From assembly GCA_038231135.1 (NCBI GenBank), contig JBBRLX010000003.1:128001-192000 (forward strand): a stretch of 64,000 nucleotides of DNA, in the 5' to 3' direction. The stretch is from Candidatus Eiseniibacteriota bacterium. GTDB taxonomy: Bacteria; Eisenbacteria; RBG-16-71-46. A program made the translations under genes and the position numbers. Shown here one piece after another: positions 22,494-31,021 of the stretch. Each line of letters opens with the position of its first letter. Positions within the stretch are counted from its first letter, which is position 1. The notes under the pieces were generated by a model. That model did no database searches. It saw only the letters and a program-made list of their open reading frames with translations, and was not told the origin of the DNA.

Positions 22494-23518
22494 GCCCCGC
22501 GGCGAGCCGCGACCGGGCGGCCCTGCACGAGTTCGTCGCCCGGCACTCCAACTTCCTGCTCACCACGCATCTCAACCCCGACGGCGACGGCATCGGCAGC
22601 GAGGTCGCGATGGCGCTGTGGCTGCGCGCGCGCGGCAAGCACGCGCGCGTGCTCAACGATTCGGTGCTGCCGCATCCGTTCGCGTTCCTGGTGCACGACG
22701 TCACGATGGAATCGTGGGAGTCGGAACTGGCCGAGCGGCGCTTCGACGAGGCCGACGCGCTGGTCGTGCTCGACACCGGCAACCGCCAGCGCATCGGCCG
22801 GCTCGCCGAGCTGATCGACCGCCACGCGATCGCGGTCGCGGTGATCGACCACCACGTGTCGCACCAGGGATTCGGCCAGGTGAACGTGATCGAGCCCGGC
22901 GCGTCCGCGACCGGCGAGATCGTGTACGACCTGATCCGCGAGGGCGGCGACGCGATCACCGTCCCCATGGCGGAGGCGCTGTACGTCGCGCTGATGACCG
23001 ACACCGGCGGGTTCCGCTATTCGAACACCGACTCCGACGCGCATCGCATGGCGGCCGAGCTCCTGGGGTACGGGCTCGATCCGCAACGCCTGTTCGCGCA
23101 GGTCCACGCCCAGGCGTCGGCCGGGCGGCTGCGGTTCTTCGGCGAGGTGCTGAGCGCGCTCGAGCTGCTGGACGACGGCCGCGTGGCGGTGCTCGAGGCC
23201 GCACCCGAGCAGTTCCAGAAACACGCGCTGACCGGCGCCGACACCGAGGGACTGGTCGACATGCCGCGCTCCGTCGCGGGCGTCGAGGTGGTCGTGCTGT
23301 TCTCCGAGATCGAGCCGGGCAAGGTCAAGGTCAGCATGCGCTCGACCGGCCGCGTCGCGATCGACCGCGTGGCGTCGCGGCTCGGCGGCGGCGGCCATCC
23401 GCATGCCGCGGGCGTGCTCATCAAGAGCACGCGGCCCGAGGCGCGCGCGCGCATCCTGCCCGAGCTGTCACGGGTGGTGGGGGAGCTCGACGGCAAACAA
23501 CCGGCGGCCGCCGGATGA
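22490..23518 (+). CDS. nrnA: DHH/DHHA1 phosphoesterase (NrnA-like oligoribonuclease/pAp phosphatase)
   Basis: HxxPDGDxxGS, IDHH, TDTGGF, SMRS and GGGGHPHAAG motifs. TTG start overlaps the pdxT stop. Confidence 0.88.
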   Translation: MSPAASRDRAALHEFVARHSNFLLTTHLNPDGDGIGSEVAMALWLRARGKHARVLNDSVLPHPFAFLVHDVTMESWESELAERRFDEADALVVLDTGNRQRIGRLAELIDRHAIAVAVIDHHVSHQGFGQVNVIEPGASATGEIVYDLIREGGDAITVPMAEALYVALMTDTGGFRYSNTDSDAHRMAAELLGYGLDPQRLFAQVHAQASAGRLRFFGEVLSALELLDDGRVAVLEAAPEQFQKHALTGADTEGLVDMPRSVAGVEVVVLFSEIEPGKVKVSMRSTGRVAIDRVASRLGGGGHPHAAGVLIKSTRPEARARILPELSRVVGELDGKQPAAAG

Positions 23519-24303
23519 GCTCCGGCGAGGCCGCGCCGGGGCCCGCAGCATCGCGTGGCGCCGCGCCGGGCCGCGTGCACGCGGCCGCCGCGGGGGCCGT
23601 GGCTGAGCCCGTCGGAGTCCCGCCGCGAACGGGCCCGGACCGGACCGTGGCGGCGGGCGCGCCGGCGTTCCGCATCCGCGCCTCGAGCCTCGCGCATCGC
23701 TACGCTCCCGGCCGCGGGCTCGAGGCCATCGACTTTGCGATCGCGTCGCCGGGGCTGATTGCCGTCACCGGTCCCAATGGGTCGGGCAAGAGCACGCTGC
23801 TGCGGATCGTCGCCGGCCTGCTGGAGCCGTCGGCGGGCCGCTGCGAGGTCGAGATCGACGGTGCGCTGCTGCCGCCGGCGGCACGGCGCGCGCGCTGCGG
23901 ATTCGCCGCACCCGAGCTGGCGTTCTACGATGAGCTGACGGTCGGCGAGAACCTCGAATTCGCCGCCGAGGCATCGGGCGCTGTGGATGCGGTCGCCCGC
24001 GTGGACGCGGCGCTCGACCGGGTCGGGCTGCCCGGCCGCCGGCGCGATCGCGTCGCGGCGCTGTCGAGCGGCATGAAGCAGCGCCTGAGGCTGGCGTTCG
24101 CGATCCTGCACGCGCCGCCGCTGCTGCTGCTCGACGAACCGGAAAGCCATCTCGATACCGACGGACGCGAGGTGCTGACGCAGCTGCTTGCGACCCAGCG
24201 CGCCTCGGGCCTCGTGCTGCTCGCCACCAACGACGAACGGGAGTGGAGACGTGCCGACCAGAGGATCGAGCTTCACGGTCGCGGTCTGGGCGATCCTGCG
24301 TAA
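23515..24303 (+). CDS. ccmA: Heme export ABC ATP-binding protein
   Basis: GPNGSGKS Walker A, LSSGMKQR signature, LLLDEP Walker B; precedes ccmBC. Start uncertain because of a low-complexity N-terminus. Confidence 0.85.
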   Translation: MSSGEAAPGPAASRGAAPGRVHAAAAGAVAEPVGVPPRTGPDRTVAAGAPAFRIRASSLAHRYAPGRGLEAIDFAIASPGLIAVTGPNGSGKSTLLRIVAGLLEPSAGRCEVEIDGALLPPAARRARCGFAAPELAFYDELTVGENLEFAAEASGAVDAVARVDAALDRVGLPGRRRDRVAALSSGMKQRLRLAFAILHAPPLLLLDEPESHLDTDGREVLTQLLATQRASGLVLLATNDEREWRRADQRIELHGRGLGDPA

Positions 24304-24925
24304 GGAGTGGCGCACCGAGTGGCGCACGCGCCACGGGCTCAATGCGTCGCTGCTGTTCGCACTCACCACGCTCACCGCCGTCAGTTTCGCCGTCGGCCGG
24401 CTCGGCGATCGCACCGACCTCATGGGCGGCCTGCTGTGGATCGTGCTGCTGTTCGGCTCGCTGGCGTCCCTGAGCCACGCGTTCGTGCGCGAGGTCGAGG
24501 GCCGCACCCTCACGTTCCTGCGGCTCGTCGCCACGCCCGCGGCGATCGGGTTCGGCAAGCTGCTGTTCAACCTGGCGTTCGTGCTGCTGCTCGAGCTGGT
24601 GACGGTGCCGATGTTCCTGGTGCTGATGGGCGGCCCGCCGCCCGACTGGCCGCCGTTCCTGGGATTGCTGGCGCTCGGCGGGCTGGCGCTCGCCAGCACC
24701 TCCACACTGGTGGGCGCGATCGTCTCGCAGACCCGCGGCCGCGCGGCGCTGTTCGCCGGGGTGTCGCTGCCGCTGCTGCTGCCGGTGATGGCCGCGACCG
24801 TGAGCGGCACGCGGGCGCAGTGGCAGCACGGCTCGATCCGCTCCGAGGTCGAGTTGCTCGCCGGGTTCACCGCCGCCGTGCTGGGAGCGAGTGTTTTGCT
24901 GTACGATCATCTGTGGAACGACTGA
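24251..24925 (+). CDS. ccmB: Heme exporter membrane protein CcmB
   Basis: AILRKEWRTEWRTR, FxRExExxTL, GK and LPLLLP motifs with about 6 TM helices. GTG start after GGAG. Confidence 0.88.
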   Translation: MPTRGSSFTVAVWAILRKEWRTEWRTRHGLNASLLFALTTLTAVSFAVGRLGDRTDLMGGLLWIVLLFGSLASLSHAFVREVEGRTLTFLRLVATPAAIGFGKLLFNLAFVLLLELVTVPMFLVLMGGPPPDWPPFLGLLALGGLALASTSTLVGAIVSQTRGRAALFAGVSLPLLLPVMAATVSGTRAQWQHGSIRSEVELLAGFTAAVLGASVLLYDHLWND

Positions 24926-24986
24926 TCGGCGCCTGGGGTCCCCCGCTCGAGGACCCGCGCCGCGATGATCCAACGCAAAGGACGCA

Positions 24987-25643
24987 ATGATCGCCAAAGT
25001 CCTGCTGTTCCTGTGGATTGCGGCCGCGCTCGCGGCGGGGTTCCTGTGGGCGCCGCTGGTGCCCGGGCTCGGCGCCACCACCCGGGTGCTGTATTTCCAC
25101 ATCCCCGCCGCGTGGATTACAGTCGTGGCGCTGGGGTGGTCCATGGTGCACAGCGTCCTCTACCTGCGGAGCCGGCGGCTGGAGCACGACGACCACGCCG
25201 CCGCGGCGGCCGAGCTGGGCCTGTTGTTCTGCGTCGTGGCCACAGTTAGCGGCGCCATGTGGGCGAAGGCGGTGTGGCACTCGTACTGGAACTGGGATCC
25301 CCGCGAGACCTCGATTTTCTTCCTGCTGTTGATCTACGCGGCGTACCTCGCGCTGCGCAGCTCGATCGAGAACGACGAGCGGCGGGCGCGGCTGTCGGCG
25401 GTGTACTCGGCGATCGCGTTCGTGACGGTGCCGTTCCTGATCTTCGTGGTGCCGCGGATCTACTTCAGCCTGCACCCGGACACGATCATCAATCCGAGCG
25501 GCAAGATCGAAATGGACCCGCGGATCCGGCTCGGGTTCTTCGCGATGCTGATCGGGTTCACCGGGCTGTTTGCGTGGATCCTGCGACTCAAGGTGCGGCT
25601 GGTCCGCATCGAGCGCCGCACGGCGGAGCGGGCGACGGCATGA
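24987..25643 (+). CDS. ccmC: Cytochrome c biogenesis protein CcmC
   Basis: YFHIPAAW, WWD domain WAKAVWHSYWNWDPR, SLHP. Confidence 0.92.
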   Translation: MIAKVLLFLWIAAALAAGFLWAPLVPGLGATTRVLYFHIPAAWITVVALGWSMVHSVLYLRSRRLEHDDHAAAAAELGLLFCVVATVSGAMWAKAVWHSYWNWDPRETSIFFLLLIYAAYLALRSSIENDERRARLSAVYSAIAFVTVPFLIFVVPRIYFSLHPDTIINPSGKIEMDPRIRLGFFAMLIGFTGLFAWILRLKVRLVRIERRTAERATA

Positions 25644-25696
25644 CCGCCGGAGCCCGAACCGGGCCGCGATCGTGTGGCCTGCAAGGAGGTTGAGGG

Positions 25697-25804
25697 GTGG
25701 ACGCCAATTGGGTGGTGCTGGGAGTGGCATTGCTGGCCTGGGGCTTGCTGTTCTTCTACCTGCTCCGGCTGGACGGGCGCCTCAAGGACCTGGAGAAGCG
25801 ATGA
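25697..25804 (+). CDS. ccmD: CcmD-family small membrane protein (35 aa; not in ORF track)
   Basis: GTG...TGA encodes MDANWVVLGVALLAWGLLFFYLLRLDGRLKDLEKR: one TM helix plus charged tail. RBS AAGGAGG upstream, located between ccmC and ccmE, ATGA overlap with ccmE. Confidence 0.85.
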   Translation: MDANWVVLGVALLAWGLLFFYLLRLDGRLKDLEKR

Positions 25805-26193
25805 ACGTCAAGATCGTGGTGGCAGTGCTGCTGCTGGCCGTGGCCGCCGGATTCGGCGTCACGAGCTTTCGCAAGTCCATGACCCCGTACATCTCGTTCG
25901 CCGAGGCGCGGTCGGCGCCGGGACTCGTGCAGGTGAACGGCGTGCTCGCGAACAAGAACTACGTGGCGAATGCCCGTGACCAGTACCTCAAGTTCGATCT
26001 CAAGGATTCGCACGGCGAGGTGATGCCGGTGGAATACCGCGGCGTGATTCCGGGCAACTTCGACCAGGCCACGTCGATCGTGGCGATCGGGCGCTATCAG
26101 GGTGACAAGTTCACCGCCGACCAGCTGCTCGTGAAGTGCCCGTCCAAGTACCAGGCCGAAGCCGAGAAGCAGCGCGGAAAGATGGCCACGTGA
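25801..26193 (+). CDS. ccmE: Heme chaperone CcmE, Cys-type (CxxxY)
   Basis: N-terminal TM, Y.GV.P.NF, and LLVKCPSKY heme-binding motif. Confidence 0.92.
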   Translation: MNVKIVVAVLLLAVAAGFGVTSFRKSMTPYISFAEARSAPGLVQVNGVLANKNYVANARDQYLKFDLKDSHGEVMPVEYRGVIPGNFDQATSIVAIGRYQGDKFTADQLLVKCPSKYQAEAEKQRGKMAT

Positions 26194-28400
26194 ACCTCGG
26201 TCAGTTCCTGTGCTGGATCGGCTTCTTCGCGGCGCTGACGTCGAGCCTGTGCTGGCTGGCGGCGACCGGCGGCCGCGAGCAGGCGCTGCGCCCGGCGCGC
26301 ATCGCGTTCCGCATCCAGTGGCTCGCGCTGCTCGCAGCGGCGGGCACGCTGTGGTGGATCCTGTTCCGCCACCAGTTCCAGTACCAGTACGTGGCGTCCT
26401 ATTCGTCGAAGGCGATGCCGGCGCGCTACATCTACGCGGCGTTCTGGGGCGGGCAGGAGGGCACGTTCCTCCTGTGGGGGCTGCTCACCACCACGCTCGG
26501 CCTGATCCTGATGCGCGTGAAGAACCACCTGACCGTGCCCGCGATGTTCTTCCTCAACCTGCCGGTCGTGCTGCTGGCGTTCGTCACCGTGATGCGCGGG
26601 CCGTTCCTCGAGTTCCCGCTCGGCCGCGTGCCGCTCGACGGCAACGGCTTGAACCCGCTGTTGCAGGACCCGTGGATGACGATCCATCCGCCGGTGCTGT
26701 TCACCGGATTCTCGTCGCTCGCCGTGCCGTTCGCGATCGCGATGGCGGCGCTGGTGCGCCGCGACTACGACGGCTGGGTGAAGCCCGCGCTGCCGTGGGT
26801 GGTGTTCTCGACCGGCATGCTCGCGACCGGCTTCACGATGGGCGGAGTGTGGGCGTACAAGGTGCTCGGCTGGGGCGGCTACTGGGGCTGGGACCCGGTC
26901 GAGAACGGCTCGCTGATCCCGTGGCTGTGCAACACCGCACTGCTGCACGGGCTCCTGGTGCAGCGCGTGTCGGGCAGCCTCAGGCGCACGAACCTGTTTC
27001 TCGCCATCACATCCTACGTGCTCGTGCTCTACGCGTCGTTCCTCACCCGCAGCGGCGTGCTCGCGGACTTCTCGGTGCACTCGTTCGTGAACCTGGGACT
27101 CAACGGCTTCCTGCTGTCGTTCCTGTTCGTGGTGATGATCGTGGGCTACGGCGCCCTGCTGTGGCGACTGCGCGACATCCCCCAGCCGCCCAAGCCGCTC
27201 GGGAACTTCTCGCGTGAATCCCTGATGTGGCTGGGCCAGCTCGTGCTGATGCTGATGTGCATCCTGACCGCAGTGGGCATGAGCGCCCCGCTCATCACCC
27301 GGCTGTTCGGCCCGGCGTCGAACGTGCAGACCTCGTACTACAACAGCGTGAACGGCCCGCTGGTGATGGCGCTGGCGCTGCTGGTCGGCCTGGCGCCGCT
27401 GATGCGCTGGCGCGAGCAGGACGCCCGGGCGCTGGCCAAAGCCGCGGCGCCGGCGATGATCGGCGCGTTCATCGTGGCGATCGTCGCGGTGGTGCTCGGC
27501 GTGCGCCAGCCGTTGCCGGCCGCGGTGGTGTTCGCGGCGGCGTTCGCGCTGCTCTCGAACCTGGCGGTGACGATCCGCGGGTTCCGCTCGGGCTGGAAGC
27601 ACGGCCTCGCCTACCTCGGGCACTTCGGTTTCGCCGTGATGCTGATCGGCATCGTGTCGTCGTCGGGCTATGGCCGGCAGGTGCAGGTGCAGCTCCCGAA
27701 GGGCGAGGCACGTTCGGCGCTCGGCTACCAGATGACGTTCCAGGGCATCCAGAAAGCCCCCGATGGCAGGGATCACGCGATCGTGGCGGTGGCGATGCCG
27801 GGGCGCACGTTCCAGGCGCGGCCCGCCATGTACTGGAGCGAGTTCAACCAGGGCTACATGAAGAAGCCGTACATCGAGCGCTACGTGACGCACGACCTCT
27901 ACATCTCGCCGCTCGACATGGTGGGCAACGATCCGTCGAGCAAGGCGCTGTGGCTCGGCAAGGGCGAGTCGAAGAAGATCGGCCAGGTCACCTATACGTT
28001 CGAAAACTTCGACATCTCGGGCATGGGCACCGCGAACATGCGGGTCGCGGCGAAGCTGGTGGCGGAGATCAACGGGCGGACCGTGCCGGTGCGGCCGTCG
28101 ATCACGCTGGCCGGCGGCGGCCAGCAGCACGTTCCCGACTACCTGCCGGGGGGCCAGGCCGTGACGATCGTGTCGGTGGACCCCAATCAGGGCCGCGTGG
28201 CGCTCGACGTGCCCGGGCTCGTCGCACCCGCCGCCGAGCAGATTCTGGCGGTCGAGGTCAGCACCAAGCCGCTGATCAACATGGTGTGGCTGGGAGCCAT
28301 CCTGATGCTCGGCAGCGTGTTCCTGAGCATGTTCCGGCGCATCCTCGACGTGCGGCGCCAGACGGTGGCGGAGCGCCAGAGCGGGACGGCGGCAGCCTGA
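26190..28400 (+). CDS. ccmF: Cytochrome c heme lyase CcmF
   Basis: WGGQEG, GLNPLLQDPWMTIHPP, WAYKVLGWGGYWGWDPVEN, FLTRSG, SVHSF, and C-terminal KPLINMVWLG. Confidence 0.95.
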   Translation: MNLGQFLCWIGFFAALTSSLCWLAATGGREQALRPARIAFRIQWLALLAAAGTLWWILFRHQFQYQYVASYSSKAMPARYIYAAFWGGQEGTFLLWGLLTTTLGLILMRVKNHLTVPAMFFLNLPVVLLAFVTVMRGPFLEFPLGRVPLDGNGLNPLLQDPWMTIHPPVLFTGFSSLAVPFAIAMAALVRRDYDGWVKPALPWVVFSTGMLATGFTMGGVWAYKVLGWGGYWGWDPVENGSLIPWLCNTALLHGLLVQRVSGSLRRTNLFLAITSYVLVLYASFLTRSGVLADFSVHSFVNLGLNGFLLSFLFVVMIVGYGALLWRLRDIPQPPKPLGNFSRESLMWLGQLVLMLMCILTAVGMSAPLITRLFGPASNVQTSYYNSVNGPLVMALALLVGLAPLMRWREQDARALAKAAAPAMIGAFIVAIVAVVLGVRQPLPAAVVFAAAFALLSNLAVTIRGFRSGWKHGLAYLGHFGFAVMLIGIVSSSGYGRQVQVQLPKGEARSALGYQMTFQGIQKAPDGRDHAIVAVAMPGRTFQARPAMYWSEFNQGYMKKPYIERYVTHDLYISPLDMVGNDPSSKALWLGKGESKKIGQVTYTFENFDISGMGTANMRVAAKLVAEINGRTVPVRPSITLAGGGQQHVPDYLPGGQAVTIVSVDPNQGRVALDVPGLVAPAAEQILAVEVSTKPLINMVWLGAILMLGSVFLSMFRRILDVRRQTVAERQSGTAAA

Positions 28401-28412
28401 TTTTTTTGTTGC

Positions 28413-28441
28413 TTGGCGACTGCACGAATGTGCAGTAAGGT
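28413..28441 (+). promoter_or_regulatory. Putative sigma70 promoter with a palindromic LexA-like operator filling the spacer
   Basis: TTGGCG (28413-28418), 17 nt, TAAGGT (28436-28441). ACTGCAC-gaat-GTGCAGT (28419-28436) is a 7-bp inverted repeat directly upstream of a Y-family polymerase operon. Confidence 0.7.
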
Positions 28442-28465
28442 GCTCCCGGTGCCTGAAAAAGAGCC

Positions 28466-28726
28466 ATGTTCGAGACACTCAACGATTCCGTCGACGTCCT
28501 CACCGCGTTCACCGAGGGCCGGCTCGAGCCGCTGCGGTTCCGGTGGCGGGGCAGCGTGGTGAGGATTCGCAAGGTCACAGGACGCTGGTCGCGGCGCGAA
28601 GGTCAGACCGTGCTGCGATTCTTTTCGGTCGAAGGTCCGTCGTCCGACACGTACGAGCTGTATTACGACCCCAGAGGGCCGCGGTGGATCCTGAGCCGCG
28701 CCTGGACGGGAGGCGCCGCACCATGA
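28466..28726 (+). CDS. Small DUF6504/ImuB-C-like beta-rich protein (86 aa)
   Basis: Pattern PLRFRWRG..V...W......F.V......YELYYD.....W.L; first gene of the polymerase operon. Confidence 0.7.
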   Translation: MFETLNDSVDVLTAFTEGRLEPLRFRWRGSVVRIRKVTGRWSRREGQTVLRFFSVEGPSSDTYELYYDPRGPRWILSRAWTGGAAP

Positions 28727-28739
28727 GGGAGCCGTGGGC

Positions 28740-30083
28740 ATGATCCTGCTCGTCGACATGGACTCGTTCTTCGCGTCGGTCGAGCAGGCGCATCACCCGC
28801 ATCTGCGCGGCCGGCCGGTGATCGTGTGTGGCGATCCCAGCCGGCGCGGCGTGGTGACGGCCGCGTCCTACGAGGCGCGGCCGTCGGGAGTGCATGCGGG
28901 CATGCCGCTGCAGGAGGCGCGGCGGCTGTGCCCCGACGCCGAATACGTCGAGGGCAACCCCGACAAGTACGTGGCGACGTCGCTGCAACTGCTCGAGCTG
29001 TACCTCGAATACTCGCCGGACGTGGAGCCGTTCAGCGTGGACGAGGCGTTCGTGGGATTGGGCACGCGGGCGGTCACGCTCGAGGCGGCGCTGGCGATCG
29101 CCGCCGAGATCCAGCGGCGGGTGAGCGAGCGGTTCGCACTCGGGGCGTCGATCGGAATCGGGCCGAACAAGCTGATCGCCAAGATGGCGTCGGGAACACG
29201 GAAGCCACGGGGACTCACGGCGTTCGACGCCGCGGCGTTCTGCGAACACTTCTGGCCCCTCGACGTGCAGGAAATGTGGGGCGTGGGGCCCCAGCTCGCC
29301 GTGCGCATGCGGTCGCTCGGGATTTCGACCGTCGGTGATCTGGCCCACGCTCCGATACCGTTGCTCAAGGGCACGTTCGGTGTAATCGGACCCCAGCTCC
29401 GCGAGGCCGCGTGGGGCGCGGACGACACGCCGCTCGTGCCGTACCATCAGGGCGTCGACGCCAAGTCGATCGGGCACGAGGTCACGCTACCCGAGGATTG
29501 CGCGGCGTTCGATGCCCTGGACGGCACGCTGCTGCGGCTGTCGGACCAGGTGTGCCGGCGGATGCGTGCCGACGGGTTCGTGGCGAAGGTGGTGACGCTC
29601 AAGTACCGCGACCACCGGTTCCAGACCTGCGTGCGCCAGCGTGCGCTCGCGAAGCACACGGACGATCATTTGCAGGTGTACACGGTGGCGAAGGCGCTGT
29701 TCGAGGCGCTGTGGAAACGGGAGCCGGTACGGCTGCTGGGGGTGAGCGTGTCGGGGCTCGAACACTTCACCGTCGACCAGACCGAGCTGTTCGACACCGA
29801 TCGCCGCTCGCGCACGCTGCGCGAGACGCTCGATCGCGTGCGCGACCGGCTGGGGGAGGCGAGCGTGGTGCCGGCGGGCTCGCTGGGCTATCGCCGGTCG
29901 CTGGGCCACGTGCCGTTCGGCGCGGTGGGACCGAATGCGGGGAAGCAGCGCGGCGGTTCGGCGGACTCCGATGGCGCCGACTCCGGGCGATCCAGGTCCA
30001 GTGGCCTCGGCTCCGCTGCCAGCAAGTCGCGGGATCGATTGCGGAAGCTGCGTGAGCGTCCGGGAAGCGAACCCGGGACATGA
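28740..30083 (+). CDS. dinB: Y-family DNA polymerase (Pol IV/DinB-like)
   Basis: VDMDSFFASVE, ASYEAR, FSVDEAF (intact catalytic residues), NKLIAKMAS..KP.G, KSIGHEVT, VRLLGV, clamp motif QTELF. Confidence 0.93.
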   Translation: MILLVDMDSFFASVEQAHHPHLRGRPVIVCGDPSRRGVVTAASYEARPSGVHAGMPLQEARRLCPDAEYVEGNPDKYVATSLQLLELYLEYSPDVEPFSVDEAFVGLGTRAVTLEAALAIAAEIQRRVSERFALGASIGIGPNKLIAKMASGTRKPRGLTAFDAAAFCEHFWPLDVQEMWGVGPQLAVRMRSLGISTVGDLAHAPIPLLKGTFGVIGPQLREAAWGADDTPLVPYHQGVDAKSIGHEVTLPEDCAAFDALDGTLLRLSDQVCRRMRADGFVAKVVTLKYRDHRFQTCVRQRALAKHTDDHLQVYTVAKALFEALWKREPVRLLGVSVSGLEHFTVDQTELFDTDRRSRTLRETLDRVRDRLGEASVVPAGSLGYRRSLGHVPFGAVGPNAGKQRGGSADSDGADSGRSRSSGLGSAASKSRDRLRKLRERPGSEPGT

Positions 30084-30982
30084 CACCTGACCCCGACGAC
30101 CTGGTCCTGCCGTTGTTCCCGCCGGATCCGCGATCGGGTGATGGTGCACCCCTCGCCAACCCGGCGCCCCAAGCCCAGCCCCACCGCCCCTCGCTGCTCG
30201 ACAAGGTCCGCATCGGCACCTCCGGCTATTCGTTCCCGGACTGGGTGGGCCCGTTCTATCCGCCCGGCACCAGGTCCTCCGGGTTCCTGCCGCATTACGC
30301 GCGACAGTTCGACTCGGTCGAGGTGAACACCACGTACTACGCGATCCCCAAGCCCGCCATGATGGAGCAGATGGTCGAGCGCACGCCGCCCGGCTTTCAC
30401 TTCGTGGTCAAGCTCAACAAGGCGATGACGCACGAGAACTCGACCGACCTCGAGCTCTATCGGCAGTTCCAGGGCGTGCTCGAGCCGCTCAAGGCCGCGG
30501 GCAAGTACGACGGGTTGCTGGCGCAGTTCCCGTGGTCGTTCAAGCGCACGCCCGACCACGAGCGCCACGTGGCGGCGGTGCGCGAGCTGCTCGTCGACGA
30601 GCCGCTGCACGTTGAATTCCGTCACGATTCGTGGCTCACCCCCGAGCTCGCGCCGTGGCTGAGGCAGTACCAGCTCGGATACTGCATCGTGGACGAGCCC
30701 CAGCTCGAAGGCCTGCTGCCGCCCGTGAGTCTCCTGACCACCGAGGACGCCTACGTGCGGTTCCACGGCCGCAACGCGAAGGACTGGTGGCAGGGCGATC
30801 GCGGCACCCGGTACAACTACGACTACAGCGAGCAGGAGCTCAAGGACTGGCTGGTGAAGATCCAGGAGCTCGCCCAGCAGGCGCGTCGCACCTATCTGTT
30901 CTTCAACAACTGCCACGCCGGCCAGGCGGCGAAGAACGCCAGGCTCATGCAGGAGCTGCTGCGGCAGCAGGCAATCGGGTAG
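30080..30982 (+). CDS. DUF72 (YecE-like) TIM-barrel protein
   Basis: IGTSGYSFPDW, VEVNTTYY, LAQFP.SF, VEFRH.SW, YVRFHGR and FFNN motifs. ATGA overlap with dinB. Confidence 0.9.
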   Translation: MTPDPDDLVLPLFPPDPRSGDGAPLANPAPQAQPHRPSLLDKVRIGTSGYSFPDWVGPFYPPGTRSSGFLPHYARQFDSVEVNTTYYAIPKPAMMEQMVERTPPGFHFVVKLNKAMTHENSTDLELYRQFQGVLEPLKAAGKYDGLLAQFPWSFKRTPDHERHVAAVRELLVDEPLHVEFRHDSWLTPELAPWLRQYQLGYCIVDEPQLEGLLPPVSLLTTEDAYVRFHGRNAKDWWQGDRGTRYNYDYSEQELKDWLVKIQELAQQARRTYLFFNNCHAGQAAKNARLMQELLRQQAIG

Positions 30983-31021
30983 CGAGTGCTCTCTGGACAT
31001 GACGCGACGGTTTCGAAGCAA

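Noticed and set aside
28401..28407. T7 run after ccmF as an intrinsic terminator
   Set aside because: Only a weak short stem (GGC-N4-GCC) precedes it; it may equally be an AT-rich element of the downstream promoter.
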